Origin: Acetatifactor sp. | Lineage (GTDB): Bacteria; Bacillota; Clostridia; Lachnospirales; Lachnospiraceae | Direction: 5' to 3' | DNA length: 64,000 nt | Assembly: GCA_045539535.1 (NCBI GenBank) | Contig: JAZQFO010000131.1 | Span: 33,456-97,455 of the forward strand | In this document: in pieces, positions 1 through 10,309 of the stretch | How positions within the stretch are numbered: the stretch's first letter is position 1 | Layout: each line of letters opens with the position of its first letter | Translations under genes and position numbers: made by a program | Notes under the pieces: model-generated | What the model was told of the DNA's origin: nothing | What the model saw: the letters and a program-made list of their open reading frames with translations, nothing else | Databases searched by the model: none

Positions 1-1258
1 TTTTGATGAGCTTGCTTTAAGGACCAAGGTAATCGTGGTGTTGGATCGAGTGGATGAAAAGTATGTGCTCAATCCCAAGGTGTTAAAAATCTACAAGCCT
101 TTTCATATTTTGACAGTAGTGTCAGTTGTGAATGCCCAGGAAGCGCCAGAGGAAGAGAAAAGTACAAGGGCAGAAAAGTTTGAGGCCCCGGATGCCCATA
201 TTTTGGTGGTGGATGACAACCGTATGAACCTGCGTGTAATAGAAGGTCTGCTTGCCAATTACAGGATTCAGGTGACAACAGCTTCAGGCGGGCAGGAGGC
301 GTTGGAAAAGATTTCTGCGGCAGAATTTGATTTTGTGTTTATGGATCATATGATGCCGGAAATGGATGGCGTGGAGACACTGCATCACATTCGTCACAAG
401 GTGGGAACCTATTTCCAAAAGGTGCCTGTTGTGGCATTGACTGCCAATGCCATTGCCGGAACAAGAGAAATGCTTTTGGCGGAGGGTTTCGATGATTTTC
501 TGGAAAAGCCGGTGGAGCGTTCTGTGTTGGAGCGTGTATTGAAGCGCCATTTACCTTCGGAAAAGGTGATTATCCTAGACGGGCAGCAGGATGGCGGGCC
601 GTTAAATATGGAGGAAGTGGAGCAAAGCTTAAGCCGGGATGGTCTGGATGTAAAACAGGGTGTGCTTTACTGTAATGGTTTGGAAAGCTATATCAGCGTT
701 TTGCAGGGATATTGCGATGACAGCGACGAGTTAGAAAGTCAGGCGCAGCAGCTGTATGAGCAGGCAGATTGGAAAAACTATGTGATTACTGTACATGGTA
801 TCAAAGGAGCCATGCGCAGTATCGGAGCCATTGAACTGGCAGAGATAGCAAGGACATTGGAGTTTGCAGGCAAGGAAGGCAGAATTGATTTTATCAGGGA
901 CAATCACGGCAATCTAATGGATGAGTATCGTAAGCTCTTCGGGGCGCTGCGGCAAAATAAATGGATTGCGGCAGCCAAAAGTAAGGAGCCTTGTGAAGAG
1001 ATAACGCCGGTTGAGGAACTGCCGGAATTGACCTCCGAAGAATTTGATCAGATATTGGCAGAGATGGAGATTGCCATGTACTCTTTAGACAAAGAACAGC
1101 TGACGGAATTTGTGGAGAGACTGCAAAGCCATCAATATGCAGGAGAAGGGTTGCGAGAGCTACTTTCACCGGTTAAGAAAAAGATTGAGATGTCGGATTA
1201 TGTGTCTGCAGTAGAGCTGACAGCCCGGGTAAAGCAGCGACTGGATCATAAGGAGTGA
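1..1258 (+). CDS. Hybrid sensor kinase, C-terminal part (receiver + Hpt); 5' end lies outside the window
   Basis: Frame is open from the window start. REC motifs LVVDDN, FMDHMMP, LTANA, EKP; Hpt-like motif VHGIKGAMRSIGA. Confidence 0.85.
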   Translation, partial: FDELALRTKVIVVLDRVDEKYVLNPKVLKIYKPFHILTVVSVVNAQEAPEEEKSTRAEKFEAPDAHILVVDDNRMNLRVIEGLLANYRIQVTTASGGQEALEKISAAEFDFVFMDHMMPEMDGVETLHHIRHKVGTYFQKVPVVALTANAIAGTREMLLAEGFDDFLEKPVERSVLERVLKRHLPSEKVIILDGQQDGGPLNMEEVEQSLSRDGLDVKQGVLYCNGLESYISVLQGYCDDSDELESQAQQLYEQADWKNYVITVHGIKGAMRSIGAIELAEIARTLEFAGKEGRIDFIRDNHGNLMDEYRKLFGALRQNKWIAAAKSKEPCEEITPVEELPELTSEEFDQILAEMEIAMYSLDKEQLTEFVERLQSHQYAGEGLRELLSPVKKKIEMSDYVSAVELTARVKQRLDHKE

Positions 1259-1264
1259 TAGCCC

Positions 1265-3955
1265 ATGTGGAAAAAATTGCACAGACTTGTATTTGGCAGA
1301 GATTGTGAATTGCGGGACAGAATGCTTCGCACCATTATCATGGTGGGAGGCTTGGTTACCATTGTGGGTATAGGAGAAATTCTCCTGACTATGGAACTGA
1401 ATGCTTTGCTCATCACATTTTTGGTTATATTGCTGGTGGTCATGGGCACCAGCCTGTTCATCACGTTTAAATACGGCAAGTATGATGCGGCGGCCACTCT
1501 AATTGGTTTTCTGATAATTGTGATTGTATTTCCGGTAATGTTTCTGTTAAGCGGTGGCTTGGACGGTGGTCCGTCCATTTGGATGACACTGGGAATATTC
1601 TACATGTTTGTCATGTTTACCGGTAAAAAGCTGGCTGTATTTACTGTGTTGTGTGCGATTATGTATGGTGGCGCGTATATGTTGGCATATTTCAGACCGG
1701 ATTTGATTGTACCCATGGGTTCTATGTCTGCGGCATACATAGACTCCTTTTTCTCGGTGTTTGCAGTAGGTATTTGTACAGGTCTGGTCATAAAGATTCA
1801 GATGAAGGTCTTTGAAGAGGAGCACAGACAGAACATTCTTCAGAGGGAGGAGCTGGAGCGTACCAGCAATTCCAAGAATGTGTTTTTTGCCAATATGAGC
1901 CATGAAATCAGAACACCCATTAACACCATCGTGGGTCTGAATGAGATGATTCTGCGCCGCAATCCCGGCGGAGAAGTGCGAGATTACGCCTTGGATATTC
2001 AGCTGGCCAGCAAGATGCTGCTCAATCAGGTAAATGATATTCTGGATCTTTCCCAGATGGAAATGAAGAAGATGAAGGTGATACCCGTAGAATATCGCAC
2101 GGAAGATTTATTTGTGGAGCTGGTGGAACTGATACTGGTTCAGGCAGAGAAAAAGCGTTTGAACCTGTTTGTGGAAGTTGACAAAACAATTCCTTCGGTA
2201 TTGTACGGCGATGAGAAGCGTATTAAGCAGATTATACTGAACCTGCTTGACAATGCAGTGAAGTATACCCAGGAGGGTGGCGTTACGCTCACGGCATCAG
2301 GAGAGGAAGATGAGAATGGTGAGTATATCTTAAAGGTACAAGTGGCAGATACCGGTATCGGCATCCGCAAGGAGGATATTGAATACCTTTATGACTCCTT
2401 TAACCGCGTGGAGGAAAAACGTAACCGCCGAATTGTGGGAAGCGGCTTGGGACTGGCCATTACCAAGCAGCTGGTAGACTTGATGGACGGCGAAATAACC
2501 GTGGACAGTATCTATACCAAGGGAAGTACCTTTAGCGTGTCTTTGAACCAAAAAATCGTGGACAAAACACCAGTGGGTTCTATCAAATTTGGGGAGAGGG
2601 CAGACCAAGATGGAAAGTCCTATGCAGCGTTATTTACTGCACCGGAAGCAAGAGTTTTGGTGGTGGATGACAACCGCATGAATGCACAGGTGGCCCAGAA
2701 GCTGTTGTCCTTTACCCAAATGCAGATTGATCTGGCAGAAAGTGGCATGGAATGTCTGGAAATGGCCAAGAAGAAATACTATCATTTGATTCTGCTGGAT
2801 TATATGATGCCCGGCATGAACGGACAGGAGACCTTGAAGGCATTGAGAGACCAGGAGAATGGTTTGTGCAGAGAGACACCGGTGGTTGCATTGACAGCCA
2901 ATGCGGTGGCAGATGCAGGCCAGCAGTACAGAGAACAGGGCTTTGACGGATATGTGGAAAAGCCGGTTCAGGGCCGTGCATTAGAAGAAGAAATTTTGCG
3001 GTTTCTGCCCCCTGAGATTGTAAAGTTGCAGGAAGATGTGTCGGAGACGGGGGCCGCAAGAAATATTGGCAGGATTACAGGAAAAAGGCGCAAAAAGATT
3101 TACGTTACCGCAGACTGTGTATGTGACATTCCTGCGGATTTGCTGGAAAAGTACAATGTAAAACTGATGTATCTGTACATCAGAACGCCCAATGGACGTT
3201 TTGCGGATACCAGAGAGATTGATTCGGACAGTCTGGCGCAATATATGACTGCTGACAGCAGCAGTGTTTACGCGGATAGTGTAACAGTGCAGGAATATGA
3301 GGAGTTTTTTGCGGAAATGCTCACAGAGGCAGAGGAGGTTATTCATGTATCCATGTCCTCTGAAATCGGCGGAAGCTTCCATATTGCCCAGGCTGCAGCC
3401 AAGGGATTTGATCATGTACATGTGATAGATTCGGAGCAGGTGTCCGGAGGTATGGGTCTGGTAACGCTAATGGCGGCCAAAATGGTGATGGAAGGCAAGC
3501 GGGCAGATGACATCTGTGAGGAAGTGGAAAAGATGAAGCATCATGTGCGAACCTGCTTTATTATGCCGGGAGCAGATGTCTATATGCAAAGCGGCAGAAC
3601 CAGTTCGCTGGTGGCGCGCTTGTGTAAAAACTTCCACCTGCGTCCTGTTGCCAATATACGGCAAAAGAAGATTGTGCTCACAAGTCTTAGAGGAGGTAGT
3701 CTGGAAAATGTCTGGAGATGGGGCATTCGCAGACATCTTCGTAAGAAACGCAAAATCAGCAGGCAGATTATACTGGTGACCCATGTGGGATGCAGTGTGA
3801 AACAATTGGAGTGGATTAAGAGTGAAATATTAAAATGTGTTCCCTTTGACCGGGTAATGATTCAAAAGGCATCGCTGACGGTGGCCTGCAATTCCGGACT
3901 GGAAAGTATCGGAATATCCTATTATGAAGCGGAGGATAAAAAAACAGTAATTTAA
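1265..3955 (+). CDS. Membrane hybrid histidine kinase (TM-HisKA-HATPase-REC) with C-terminal DegV/FakB-like domain
   Basis: N-terminal hydrophobic helices; H-box MSHEIRTP; NLLDNAVKYT, DTGIGI, GSGLGL; REC LDYMMP. The last ~285 aa (KIYVTADCVCDIP...HVIDSEQVSGGMG...SGR) resemble DegV. Confidence 0.85.
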   Translation: MWKKLHRLVFGRDCELRDRMLRTIIMVGGLVTIVGIGEILLTMELNALLITFLVILLVVMGTSLFITFKYGKYDAAATLIGFLIIVIVFPVMFLLSGGLDGGPSIWMTLGIFYMFVMFTGKKLAVFTVLCAIMYGGAYMLAYFRPDLIVPMGSMSAAYIDSFFSVFAVGICTGLVIKIQMKVFEEEHRQNILQREELERTSNSKNVFFANMSHEIRTPINTIVGLNEMILRRNPGGEVRDYALDIQLASKMLLNQVNDILDLSQMEMKKMKVIPVEYRTEDLFVELVELILVQAEKKRLNLFVEVDKTIPSVLYGDEKRIKQIILNLLDNAVKYTQEGGVTLTASGEEDENGEYILKVQVADTGIGIRKEDIEYLYDSFNRVEEKRNRRIVGSGLGLAITKQLVDLMDGEITVDSIYTKGSTFSVSLNQKIVDKTPVGSIKFGERADQDGKSYAALFTAPEARVLVVDDNRMNAQVAQKLLSFTQMQIDLAESGMECLEMAKKKYYHLILLDYMMPGMNGQETLKALRDQENGLCRETPVVALTANAVADAGQQYREQGFDGYVEKPVQGRALEEEILRFLPPEIVKLQEDVSETGAARNIGRITGKRRKKIYVTADCVCDIPADLLEKYNVKLMYLYIRTPNGRFADTREIDSDSLAQYMTADSSSVYADSVTVQEYEEFFAEMLTEAEEVIHVSMSSEIGGSFHIAQAAAKGFDHVHVIDSEQVSGGMGLVTLMAAKMVMEGKRADDICEEVEKMKHHVRTCFIMPGADVYMQSGRTSSLVARLCKNFHLRPVANIRQKKIVLTSLRGGSLENVWRWGIRRHLRKKRKISRQIILVTHVGCSVKQLEWIKSEILKCVPFDRVMIQKASLTVACNSGLESIGISYYEAEDKKTVI

Positions 3956-4039
3956 GGATTATTAATCAACTTATTTGCGGAAAGCGTGAATTTCTTGTGG
4001 TATAGTATACCTATATTGATGGCAAAGGAGAAATTCAAA

Positions 4040-5407
4040 ATGCAGTCGGCCAAAAAGATTGATATGACCCATGGGTCTATAATGAAATTGGTAATTTTGT
4101 TTGCGCTGCCTATCTGTGTGGGCAATATTCTGCAACAGCTTTATAATACTGTGGACACCATGATTGTGGGTAATTTCTGCGATTCACAGTCCCTGGCAGC
4201 AGTGGGAACCAGTTCCCAGCCGGTGGAGGTGCTTTTGTGTATCTTCCTGGGACTTGGAACCGGTGTGTCTATACTGGTATCTCAAGCCGCAGGCGCGGGG
4301 AATGGGGACAAATTAAGGGATGTAGTGGCTACAGCCACCGCCTTTCTTTACATGTGTGCCATTCCTGTATCCATACTGGGATTGTTTGTGGGACCTTTTG
4401 TGTTGAAACTGATGCAGGTGCCGGAGGATACCTTTGATTTGGCAAGCGCTTATGTGCAGATTATTTTCCTGGGTACTCTGGGTAATATGGGTTACAATAT
4501 GAATGCAGGAATTCTGCGGGGGGTGGGCGATAGCCGTTCCTCATTAATGTTTCTTGTAATTTCCTGCATCGTAAATATTGTGTTGGATTTGTTTTTTATT
4601 GTAGTGTGTCATATGGGTGTAACAGGTGCGGCGCTGGCAACAATTATTGCTATGTACTGTTCATGGGTATTCAGCATGGTATATATCAAGCGTAAATATC
4701 CGGAGCTTGCATTTGCGTTCCTTCCCAAAAGATTTGACAAAATGATTTTGAAGGAAGTGGTAGCAGTGGGATTGCCGCTGGGATTAAACAATTCCATTTA
4801 TTCCTTGGGACATATTATGATGCAGTCCTTGATTAACGCACAGGGTTCTTCCTTTATGGCAGCGTGCTCCATTGCAACGAAGATTACCGGCTTATCCAAT
4901 GTAGCCATTACATCCTTCTCCCAGGCGGCTACCACATTTGCGGGACAGAATCTGGGAGCGGAAAATTACAGCCGCCTGAAAAGGGGCGCACTTCGGATAC
5001 CCTTGTTCTCCGGACTTGTTACCTGTACTGCAGGTCTGATTTTTACAAGTATCTGCACCCCGATTTTGGATTTGTTTACCAATGATCCGGAAGTGCTGCG
5101 ATTATCGGTGCGCTACATTCACGTGGTACTGCCCTTCACATGGATGTATGCGGTGTTTAACGGTATTATCTGCTATGTAAACGGTATCGGTGAGGTCAGA
5201 TATCCTACGGTGGTAAATATCCTGATGCTTTGGGCAGTACGAATTCCGGCAGCAGTGTTTATTGCCAATTACATTGACGGTCAGCTGGTTATGGCCAGTG
5301 TGCCCATCAGCTTCGGCTTTGGTATGCTGTGTATGCTGGCGTTCTTCCTGACTAAGAAGTGGAGAGAGATTATTAAACGGGAAGATGGAGTTAGGCAGGC
5401 AGCGTAG
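4040..5407 (+). CDS. MATE family efflux transporter
   Basis: DMTHGSI...FALP...LQQLYNTVDTMIVG and ILRGVGDS motifs, about 12 TM. Start set at ATG 4040 after AAGGAG (ORF track starts at 3986). Confidence 0.9.
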   Translation: MQSAKKIDMTHGSIMKLVILFALPICVGNILQQLYNTVDTMIVGNFCDSQSLAAVGTSSQPVEVLLCIFLGLGTGVSILVSQAAGAGNGDKLRDVVATATAFLYMCAIPVSILGLFVGPFVLKLMQVPEDTFDLASAYVQIIFLGTLGNMGYNMNAGILRGVGDSRSSLMFLVISCIVNIVLDLFFIVVCHMGVTGAALATIIAMYCSWVFSMVYIKRKYPELAFAFLPKRFDKMILKEVVAVGLPLGLNNSIYSLGHIMMQSLINAQGSSFMAACSIATKITGLSNVAITSFSQAATTFAGQNLGAENYSRLKRGALRIPLFSGLVTCTAGLIFTSICTPILDLFTNDPEVLRLSVRYIHVVLPFTWMYAVFNGIICYVNGIGEVRYPTVVNILMLWAVRIPAAVFIANYIDGQLVMASVPISFGFGMLCMLAFFLTKKWREIIKREDGVRQAA

Positions 5408-5433
5408 CAGTTTTTGAATGAAATAGGATTCCT

Positions 5434-5481
5434 AAAAGGAGATATTCAGAGAGCTTAATTGCGGTGAATATCTCCTTTTTC
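5434..5481 (+). terminator. Intrinsic terminator-like hairpin after MATE gene
   Basis: Perfect 15 bp inverted repeat aaaaggagatattca / tgaatatctcctttt with 16 nt loop, ending in a T run. Confidence 0.7.
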
Positions 5482-5486
5482 ATGCG

Positions 5487-5515
5487 TAGACATTCCCCGA
5501 CAAATATGATAAAAT
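5487..5515 (+). promoter_or_regulatory. Sigma-A type promoter of the glycan locus
   Basis: TAGACA-N17-TAAAAT with TG extension. Confidence 0.6.
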
Positions 5516-5548
5516 AAAAAGATATAAAATCCGAAGGGTGTTACAAAA

Positions 5549-7378
5549 ATGGACGAAGCAGTACAAAAGAATTTTACAGCAGATAATGGTGCAAAGGACA
5601 AGGCAGGTTGGCTGAAATTATTGGTGCCGGCTGTGTTGTCAATTGTTTTGTTTCTTGCTGCGATTTGGGATATTGAGAATTTTAATCAGTTGCTTTTATA
5701 TGACGATGAATTTGGCTATTGGACAGCCAGTGCGTATCTGACAGGGACGGACTGGAAGTCTGTTACCAGTGGAATTCCTTATTATTCATATGGATATGGG
5801 TTTTTGATCTTGACGCCGATTCGGCTGCTTTTGTCCTCGCCTGCGGCTATGTACCGGGCAGCAATTGTGGTGAATGGGCTTCTTTTGGTGGGCAGCTTTT
5901 GGATTGCCAGGAAAGTGGCAGCGCAGCTGTTCGAGGATGCACATTATGCGCTGATTGATGCGGTGTGCTTTCTGGTGGTGTTTTATCCCAGCAATCTGGT
6001 GTTTGCCCACATTGCCTGGGCAGAGTGTACGCTGGTGTTTTTGTTCTGGGTATTTGTAGCCTTAAGTCTTCGGGTCATCAAGAAGCCTACCATCCTAAAT
6101 CATGTGATGATGGCTGTGGTAGTAATGGGACTCTATGTGGTGCATCAGAGAACATTGGCAGTGGCAATTGCCACGGTGATGGTGATGGCATGGTGCTTTT
6201 GGGCGGATCCGGGCAGACGCAAATGTGTCATTGCCTTTGGTGTTACTATGATTGTACTGATCTTAATTCACAGCGGGATCAAGAGTGATTTGATTGAGAC
6301 GTTTTATCATGACAACGATAGAGTTGCCGTGAACAATATGGAGGGACAGACGGAGAAGCTGGGCAATCTTTTTACGGTAGAAGGATTCTCCGGTCTGATA
6401 CAGAGTGTTATTGGCAAATGGTTGTATTTGGTAATAGCCGGCTTCATGATGTTTTGGTGGAGCATGGAGGCTTTGGCAAAAGAGACCAAGACTTATCTGG
6501 CAGGCATGTTTGCCAAGAAGCGTTTTTATACCAAACGGGACTTGTCTGAGGAACCTTCTCTTTGGTATGTATGGATTTTGTTGGCCTTTCTTGGTAATTT
6601 TATGATTGCAGCCATTTACATGTGCGGGGTGGCTCGTAATGACATGTTGTTGTACGGGCGCTACACGGAATACATGATTGGTATATATATCGTCATTGGT
6701 GTATTTGCCTTTTTGAAGGATGACAAATGGGTTCCGAAGCTCATGGCTTATGTGGGAAGTGTGATTGCCATGGGGCTGATTAGCCAGAATATTTTGAACA
6801 AGGTAGCTACCAAGTCTTATCAGGCGTACCATAGTCTTGCTACTTCGCTGTTTTTGCAAAAGGACAAGTCGGCAGAGGGGGCGGTGCTGGGATTTGCAGC
6901 CTTGGGAATTGCATTAAGTGTGTTGGTAATCATTTTGGTCAAGAGCAATCCTTGGAAAAAGTGGAATGCATTGCGAGGCGTGCTTGTGCTTGCTGTAGTG
7001 GGTGGTATGGCATTAATGATTTCCGACAATATGGTAGCCGGTGTTATGAGTGAGAAGCAGGAGCTTCGTATCGGCAATATTAAAACCATTACAAGCTGTA
7101 TTGAAAGAATGGATCAGGAAGGAACCAAAAAGGTTTATTTTTGCGCGGATACAGAGTCCCGATATTGGTCAGAGAGTTTCCAATTTTTGATGCCGGACAG
7201 ACCGATAACCGTCATCCAGAGCCGCTACATGGAAGAAGAGACAGATGGGTTCTATATCGTAGGCAAGGGCTTTCTTACCACAGATGGATATTCGGATTCC
7301 TACAAATGTATAAAGAAGAGCAATCAGTTTGCACTGGTGGTTTTAAAAGATACCAAGCTGGCAGAGAATGGTCAGTGA
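5549..7378 (+). CDS. Polytopic membrane protein, probable GT-C fold glycosyltransferase
   Basis: More than 10 TM helices; acidic DDE in the first loop; lies next to a polyprenol-P-sugar synthase-like GT2. Confidence 0.6.
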   Translation: MDEAVQKNFTADNGAKDKAGWLKLLVPAVLSIVLFLAAIWDIENFNQLLLYDDEFGYWTASAYLTGTDWKSVTSGIPYYSYGYGFLILTPIRLLLSSPAAMYRAAIVVNGLLLVGSFWIARKVAAQLFEDAHYALIDAVCFLVVFYPSNLVFAHIAWAECTLVFLFWVFVALSLRVIKKPTILNHVMMAVVVMGLYVVHQRTLAVAIATVMVMAWCFWADPGRRKCVIAFGVTMIVLILIHSGIKSDLIETFYHDNDRVAVNNMEGQTEKLGNLFTVEGFSGLIQSVIGKWLYLVIAGFMMFWWSMEALAKETKTYLAGMFAKKRFYTKRDLSEEPSLWYVWILLAFLGNFMIAAIYMCGVARNDMLLYGRYTEYMIGIYIVIGVFAFLKDDKWVPKLMAYVGSVIAMGLISQNILNKVATKSYQAYHSLATSLFLQKDKSAEGAVLGFAALGIALSVLVIILVKSNPWKKWNALRGVLVLAVVGGMALMISDNMVAGVMSEKQELRIGNIKTITSCIERMDQEGTKKVYFCADTESRYWSESFQFLMPDRPITVIQSRYMEEETDGFYIVGKGFLTTDGYSDSYKCIKKSNQFALVVLKDTKLAENGQ

Positions 7379-7393
7379 CAGAGGAGAAGGGTA

Positions 7394-8347
7394 ATGAAAC
7401 TTATAATTCAGATACCGTGTTACAATGAGGCGGAGACCTTGGAAGTTACACTAAATGATTTGCCTAAGCATATTGATGGGATTGATACCATAGAGTATCT
7501 GATTATCAATGACGGCAGCGCGGACAATACGGTAGAGGTGGCCCGAAAATGGGGTGTACATCACGTGGTAAGCTTTACGCGCAACAAAGGGCTTGCAAGA
7601 GGTTTTATGGCAGGATTGGATGCCTGCTGTAAGCTGGGTGCAGATATTATTGTGAACACGGATGCGGATAATCAGTACTGCGGGGCGGATATTGAGACCA
7701 TTGTCCGTCCTATTTTGGAGGGCCGGGCTGATATTGTCATCGGTGAGCGTCCCATTGATGAAATCGAACATTTTTCACCCTTAAAAAAGAAACTTCAGCA
7801 TCTGGGCAGCTGGGTGGTGCAGAAGGCATCTAATACCAAGATTCCCGATGCGCCCAGCGGTTTTAGAGCTTATACAAGAGAAGCGGCCATGCGTATGAAT
7901 GTTATCAATGAGTATACCTATACGCTGGAGACCATTGTGCAGGCCGGCAGAAACAAGATGGCGATTATGTCCGTGCCCATCCGCACCAATCCGGAGCTTC
8001 GCAAATCCAGACTCTTTAAGAGCATGTTTGGCTACGTGAAAAAGTCCATGATAACCATTATCCGGGCATTTATGATGTATCGGCCCATGAAGTTTTTTAT
8101 GAGCATAGGTATGGTTTTGGTTTTGGTAGGTATGGCAATTGGTGCCAGATTTTTGTATTTTTATATCTGTGGTTCCGGCTCCGGTCATATTCAGTCTCTG
8201 ATATTGGCCAGTATCCTGATTATTATTGGTGTACAGACCGGTGTGGTAGGACTTTTGGGTGATATTATTGCAGCCAACAGGAAACTTTTGGAGGATGTGC
8301 AGTATCGTTTAAAGTGTATTGAAAACAAGGATAAGGCGGAAGAATGA
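7394..8347 (+). CDS. GT2 glycosyltransferase, polyprenol-phosphate sugar synthase-like
   Basis: IPCYNEA, NDGSADNT, TDADNQY, DAPSGFRAY; two C-terminal TM helices. Confidence 0.85.
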   Translation: MKLIIQIPCYNEAETLEVTLNDLPKHIDGIDTIEYLIINDGSADNTVEVARKWGVHHVVSFTRNKGLARGFMAGLDACCKLGADIIVNTDADNQYCGADIETIVRPILEGRADIVIGERPIDEIEHFSPLKKKLQHLGSWVVQKASNTKIPDAPSGFRAYTREAAMRMNVINEYTYTLETIVQAGRNKMAIMSVPIRTNPELRKSRLFKSMFGYVKKSMITIIRAFMMYRPMKFFMSIGMVLVLVGMAIGARFLYFYICGSGSGHIQSLILASILIIIGVQTGVVGLLGDIIAANRKLLEDVQYRLKCIENKDKAEE

Positions 8348-9294
8348 GAAAAGTTGTTACAGTGGTTGTAAGCTACAATCGAAAGGAACTGCTGAAGGAA
8401 TGCCTGGCTGCCCTTATGGCTCAGACCTATGAAAATATGCAGGTGCTGCTTATAGATAACAATAGCACAGATGGGACGGAGGATTATGTCAAAGCGAGCG
8501 GTTATCTTCAGTCCGGGAAATTAAGCTACTGTAAGCTGCCTGAGAATATTGGCGGGGCAGGAGGGTTCCATGAAGGCGTTAAGCGTGCCATGAAGATGGG
8601 TGCAGACTGGATTTGGGTGATGGATGACGATACCATACCGGAGCCTGAGGCTCTGGCAGAGCTGGTGGCAGCGATAGATTACATTGGTGATGAGAAAATT
8701 GCCTATTTGTCCGGTAATGTGTACGGCATGAGCGGTGAGCCCATGAATGTACCCCGCATGAAAATGTTCCAAAAGGGCTCAAACGGTTACGCAGATTGGA
8801 ACAGCAAATTGGAGCACAGTCTGGTAAAAGTACATACGGCAACCTTTTGCTCCATGATGTTTAGCGCAGAAGCGGTGCGAGCAGTGGGTCTGCCTATCCG
8901 CAGTTATTTTATCTGGGGAGACGATACGGAGTATTCCCTGCGTTTATCCAAGTATGCAGGACAGGGGTGGCTTGTGGGCAAAAGCAAGGCTCTGCACAAG
9001 AGAGCCAATGAGAAGGCCCTTTCTGTAGTAAAAGAGGACAATCCGAACCGAATTCGAATCTATTATTACTATATCCGCAACTATCTGATTAATTTGAGAT
9101 TGTATTATGGTTTCTTTGGCATGCTTGCCAAATTGGGACACTTTTGGCTGATGATGTTACAGGTGCTGGTAAAGCCGGGGTGCAAGTACCGGTTTAAGAA
9201 GTTCGGTGTGTTGTTTAAGGGTACAAGCGCCTATATTTTCAGAAGGTATGACTACAAAGAAGTGAAGAACAGATTGAAGTATGTAGAGGAATAG
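8344..9294 (+). CDS. GT2 glycosyltransferase (galactofuranosyltransferase GlfT1-like)
   Basis: VVSYNR, DNNSTDGT, NIGGAGGF, WVMDDD, FIWGDDTEY. Confidence 0.75.
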   Translation: MRKVVTVVVSYNRKELLKECLAALMAQTYENMQVLLIDNNSTDGTEDYVKASGYLQSGKLSYCKLPENIGGAGGFHEGVKRAMKMGADWIWVMDDDTIPEPEALAELVAAIDYIGDEKIAYLSGNVYGMSGEPMNVPRMKMFQKGSNGYADWNSKLEHSLVKVHTATFCSMMFSAEAVRAVGLPIRSYFIWGDDTEYSLRLSKYAGQGWLVGKSKALHKRANEKALSVVKEDNPNRIRIYYYYIRNYLINLRLYYGFFGMLAKLGHFWLMMLQVLVKPGCKYRFKKFGVLFKGTSAYIFRRYDYKEVKNRLKYVEE

Positions 9295-9298
9295 TGGG

Positions 9299-10309
9299 AT
9301 GGAAAGAGAGACGAAGCCGTTAGTCAGTGTGATTGTGCCGGTGTACAATGTGGAAGCGTATCTGGACAAGTGTCTGCAGTCTGTTTTGGTTCAAACCCAT
9401 TCCAATTTGGAAATCATACTGGTAGATGATGGCTCTATAGACGCTTCGGGACAAATGTGCGACGGCTATGCTGATAAGGATTCCCGCATCAAGGTGATAC
9501 ACAAGGAGAACGGCGGTTTGTCAGATGCCAGAAACGCAGCACTGGATATTATGAGTGGCGAGTACGTTACTTTTATAGATTCAGATGACTATGTGGACAG
9601 GCGTTTGATAGAGCGTCTGCTTGCATGTATAACAGAACAAAATGCAGATCTGACAGTAGGAGGATTTGTAAAAACCATCGCAGAGATTGAGGATGAGAGG
9701 AATCTTGGTCCGGAGAGAAGAGAACAGGTAATTACTGCAAGGGATGCAATGTTTTGCATGTTTTATCGAAAGGGGTTTCCTACCTATGCTCACGGTAAGC
9801 TTTATCGTAGCAGTTTGTTTGAGCATATCCGGTTTCCGGTAGGGAAGCTGTTTGAGGATATAATTACGGTCTATCAGGTGTTGTGCGTGTCTGGTAAGAT
9901 AGGAATTGTGGACTATCCCATGTATTACTATAGGCAGAGGCGGGAGAGTATTATAAACAGTACTTTTAAACCCTCAAGGCTCGATGCAGTAGAGCATGCA
10001 CTCAAGATGCTGCAGGATGTTTCGGCGGATGCAACGCTTAAAAAGGCTGCAGAGGGGTATTTGTTTTTTATCCTGATGGACAATTATGCGTTGGTTGATA
10101 AGACGCATGCAAAAGAAAAGACTTATTTGGAGATGCTGATTAGAAAGCATCGCAGGGGTGTGGTTTGCAATTTGCGGGTGCCTTGGTCACTGCGGATTTT
10201 GGCCGTGGTATCATGGTTTCCCGGGATGAGATTTGCCCGGTTCCTTGGACGGGTTTACAAGAACAAAAAGCAACAGAAGTGGATAAAGGAAGCTGCGAAG
10301 AAAGCATGA
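9299..10309 (+). CDS. GT2 glycosyltransferase
   Basis: VIVPVYNVE, VDDGS, NGGLSDARN, FIDSDD, FED. Confidence 0.9.
   Translation: MERETKPLVSVIVPVYNVEAYLDKCLQSVLVQTHSNLEIILVDDGSIDASGQMCDGYADKDSRIKVIHKENGGLSDARNAALDIMSGEYVTFIDSDDYVDRRLIERLLACITEQNADLTVGGFVKTIAEIEDERNLGPERREQVITARDAMFCMFYRKGFPTYAHGKLYRSSLFEHIRFPVGKLFEDIITVYQVLCVSGKIGIVDYPMYYYRQRRESIINSTFKPSRLDAVEHALKMLQDVSADATLKKAAEGYLFFILMDNYALVDKTHAKEKTYLEMLIRKHRRGVVCNLRVPWSLRILAVVSWFPGMRFARFLGRVYKNKKQQKWIKEAAKKA

Noticed and set aside
10165-10305. Extended ORF-track starts (also 3986, 32868, 36259, 38505, 53778, 62199)
   Set aside because: They overlap upstream genes or leader regions; downstream ATGs have better SD or translational coupling and match the family N-termini.
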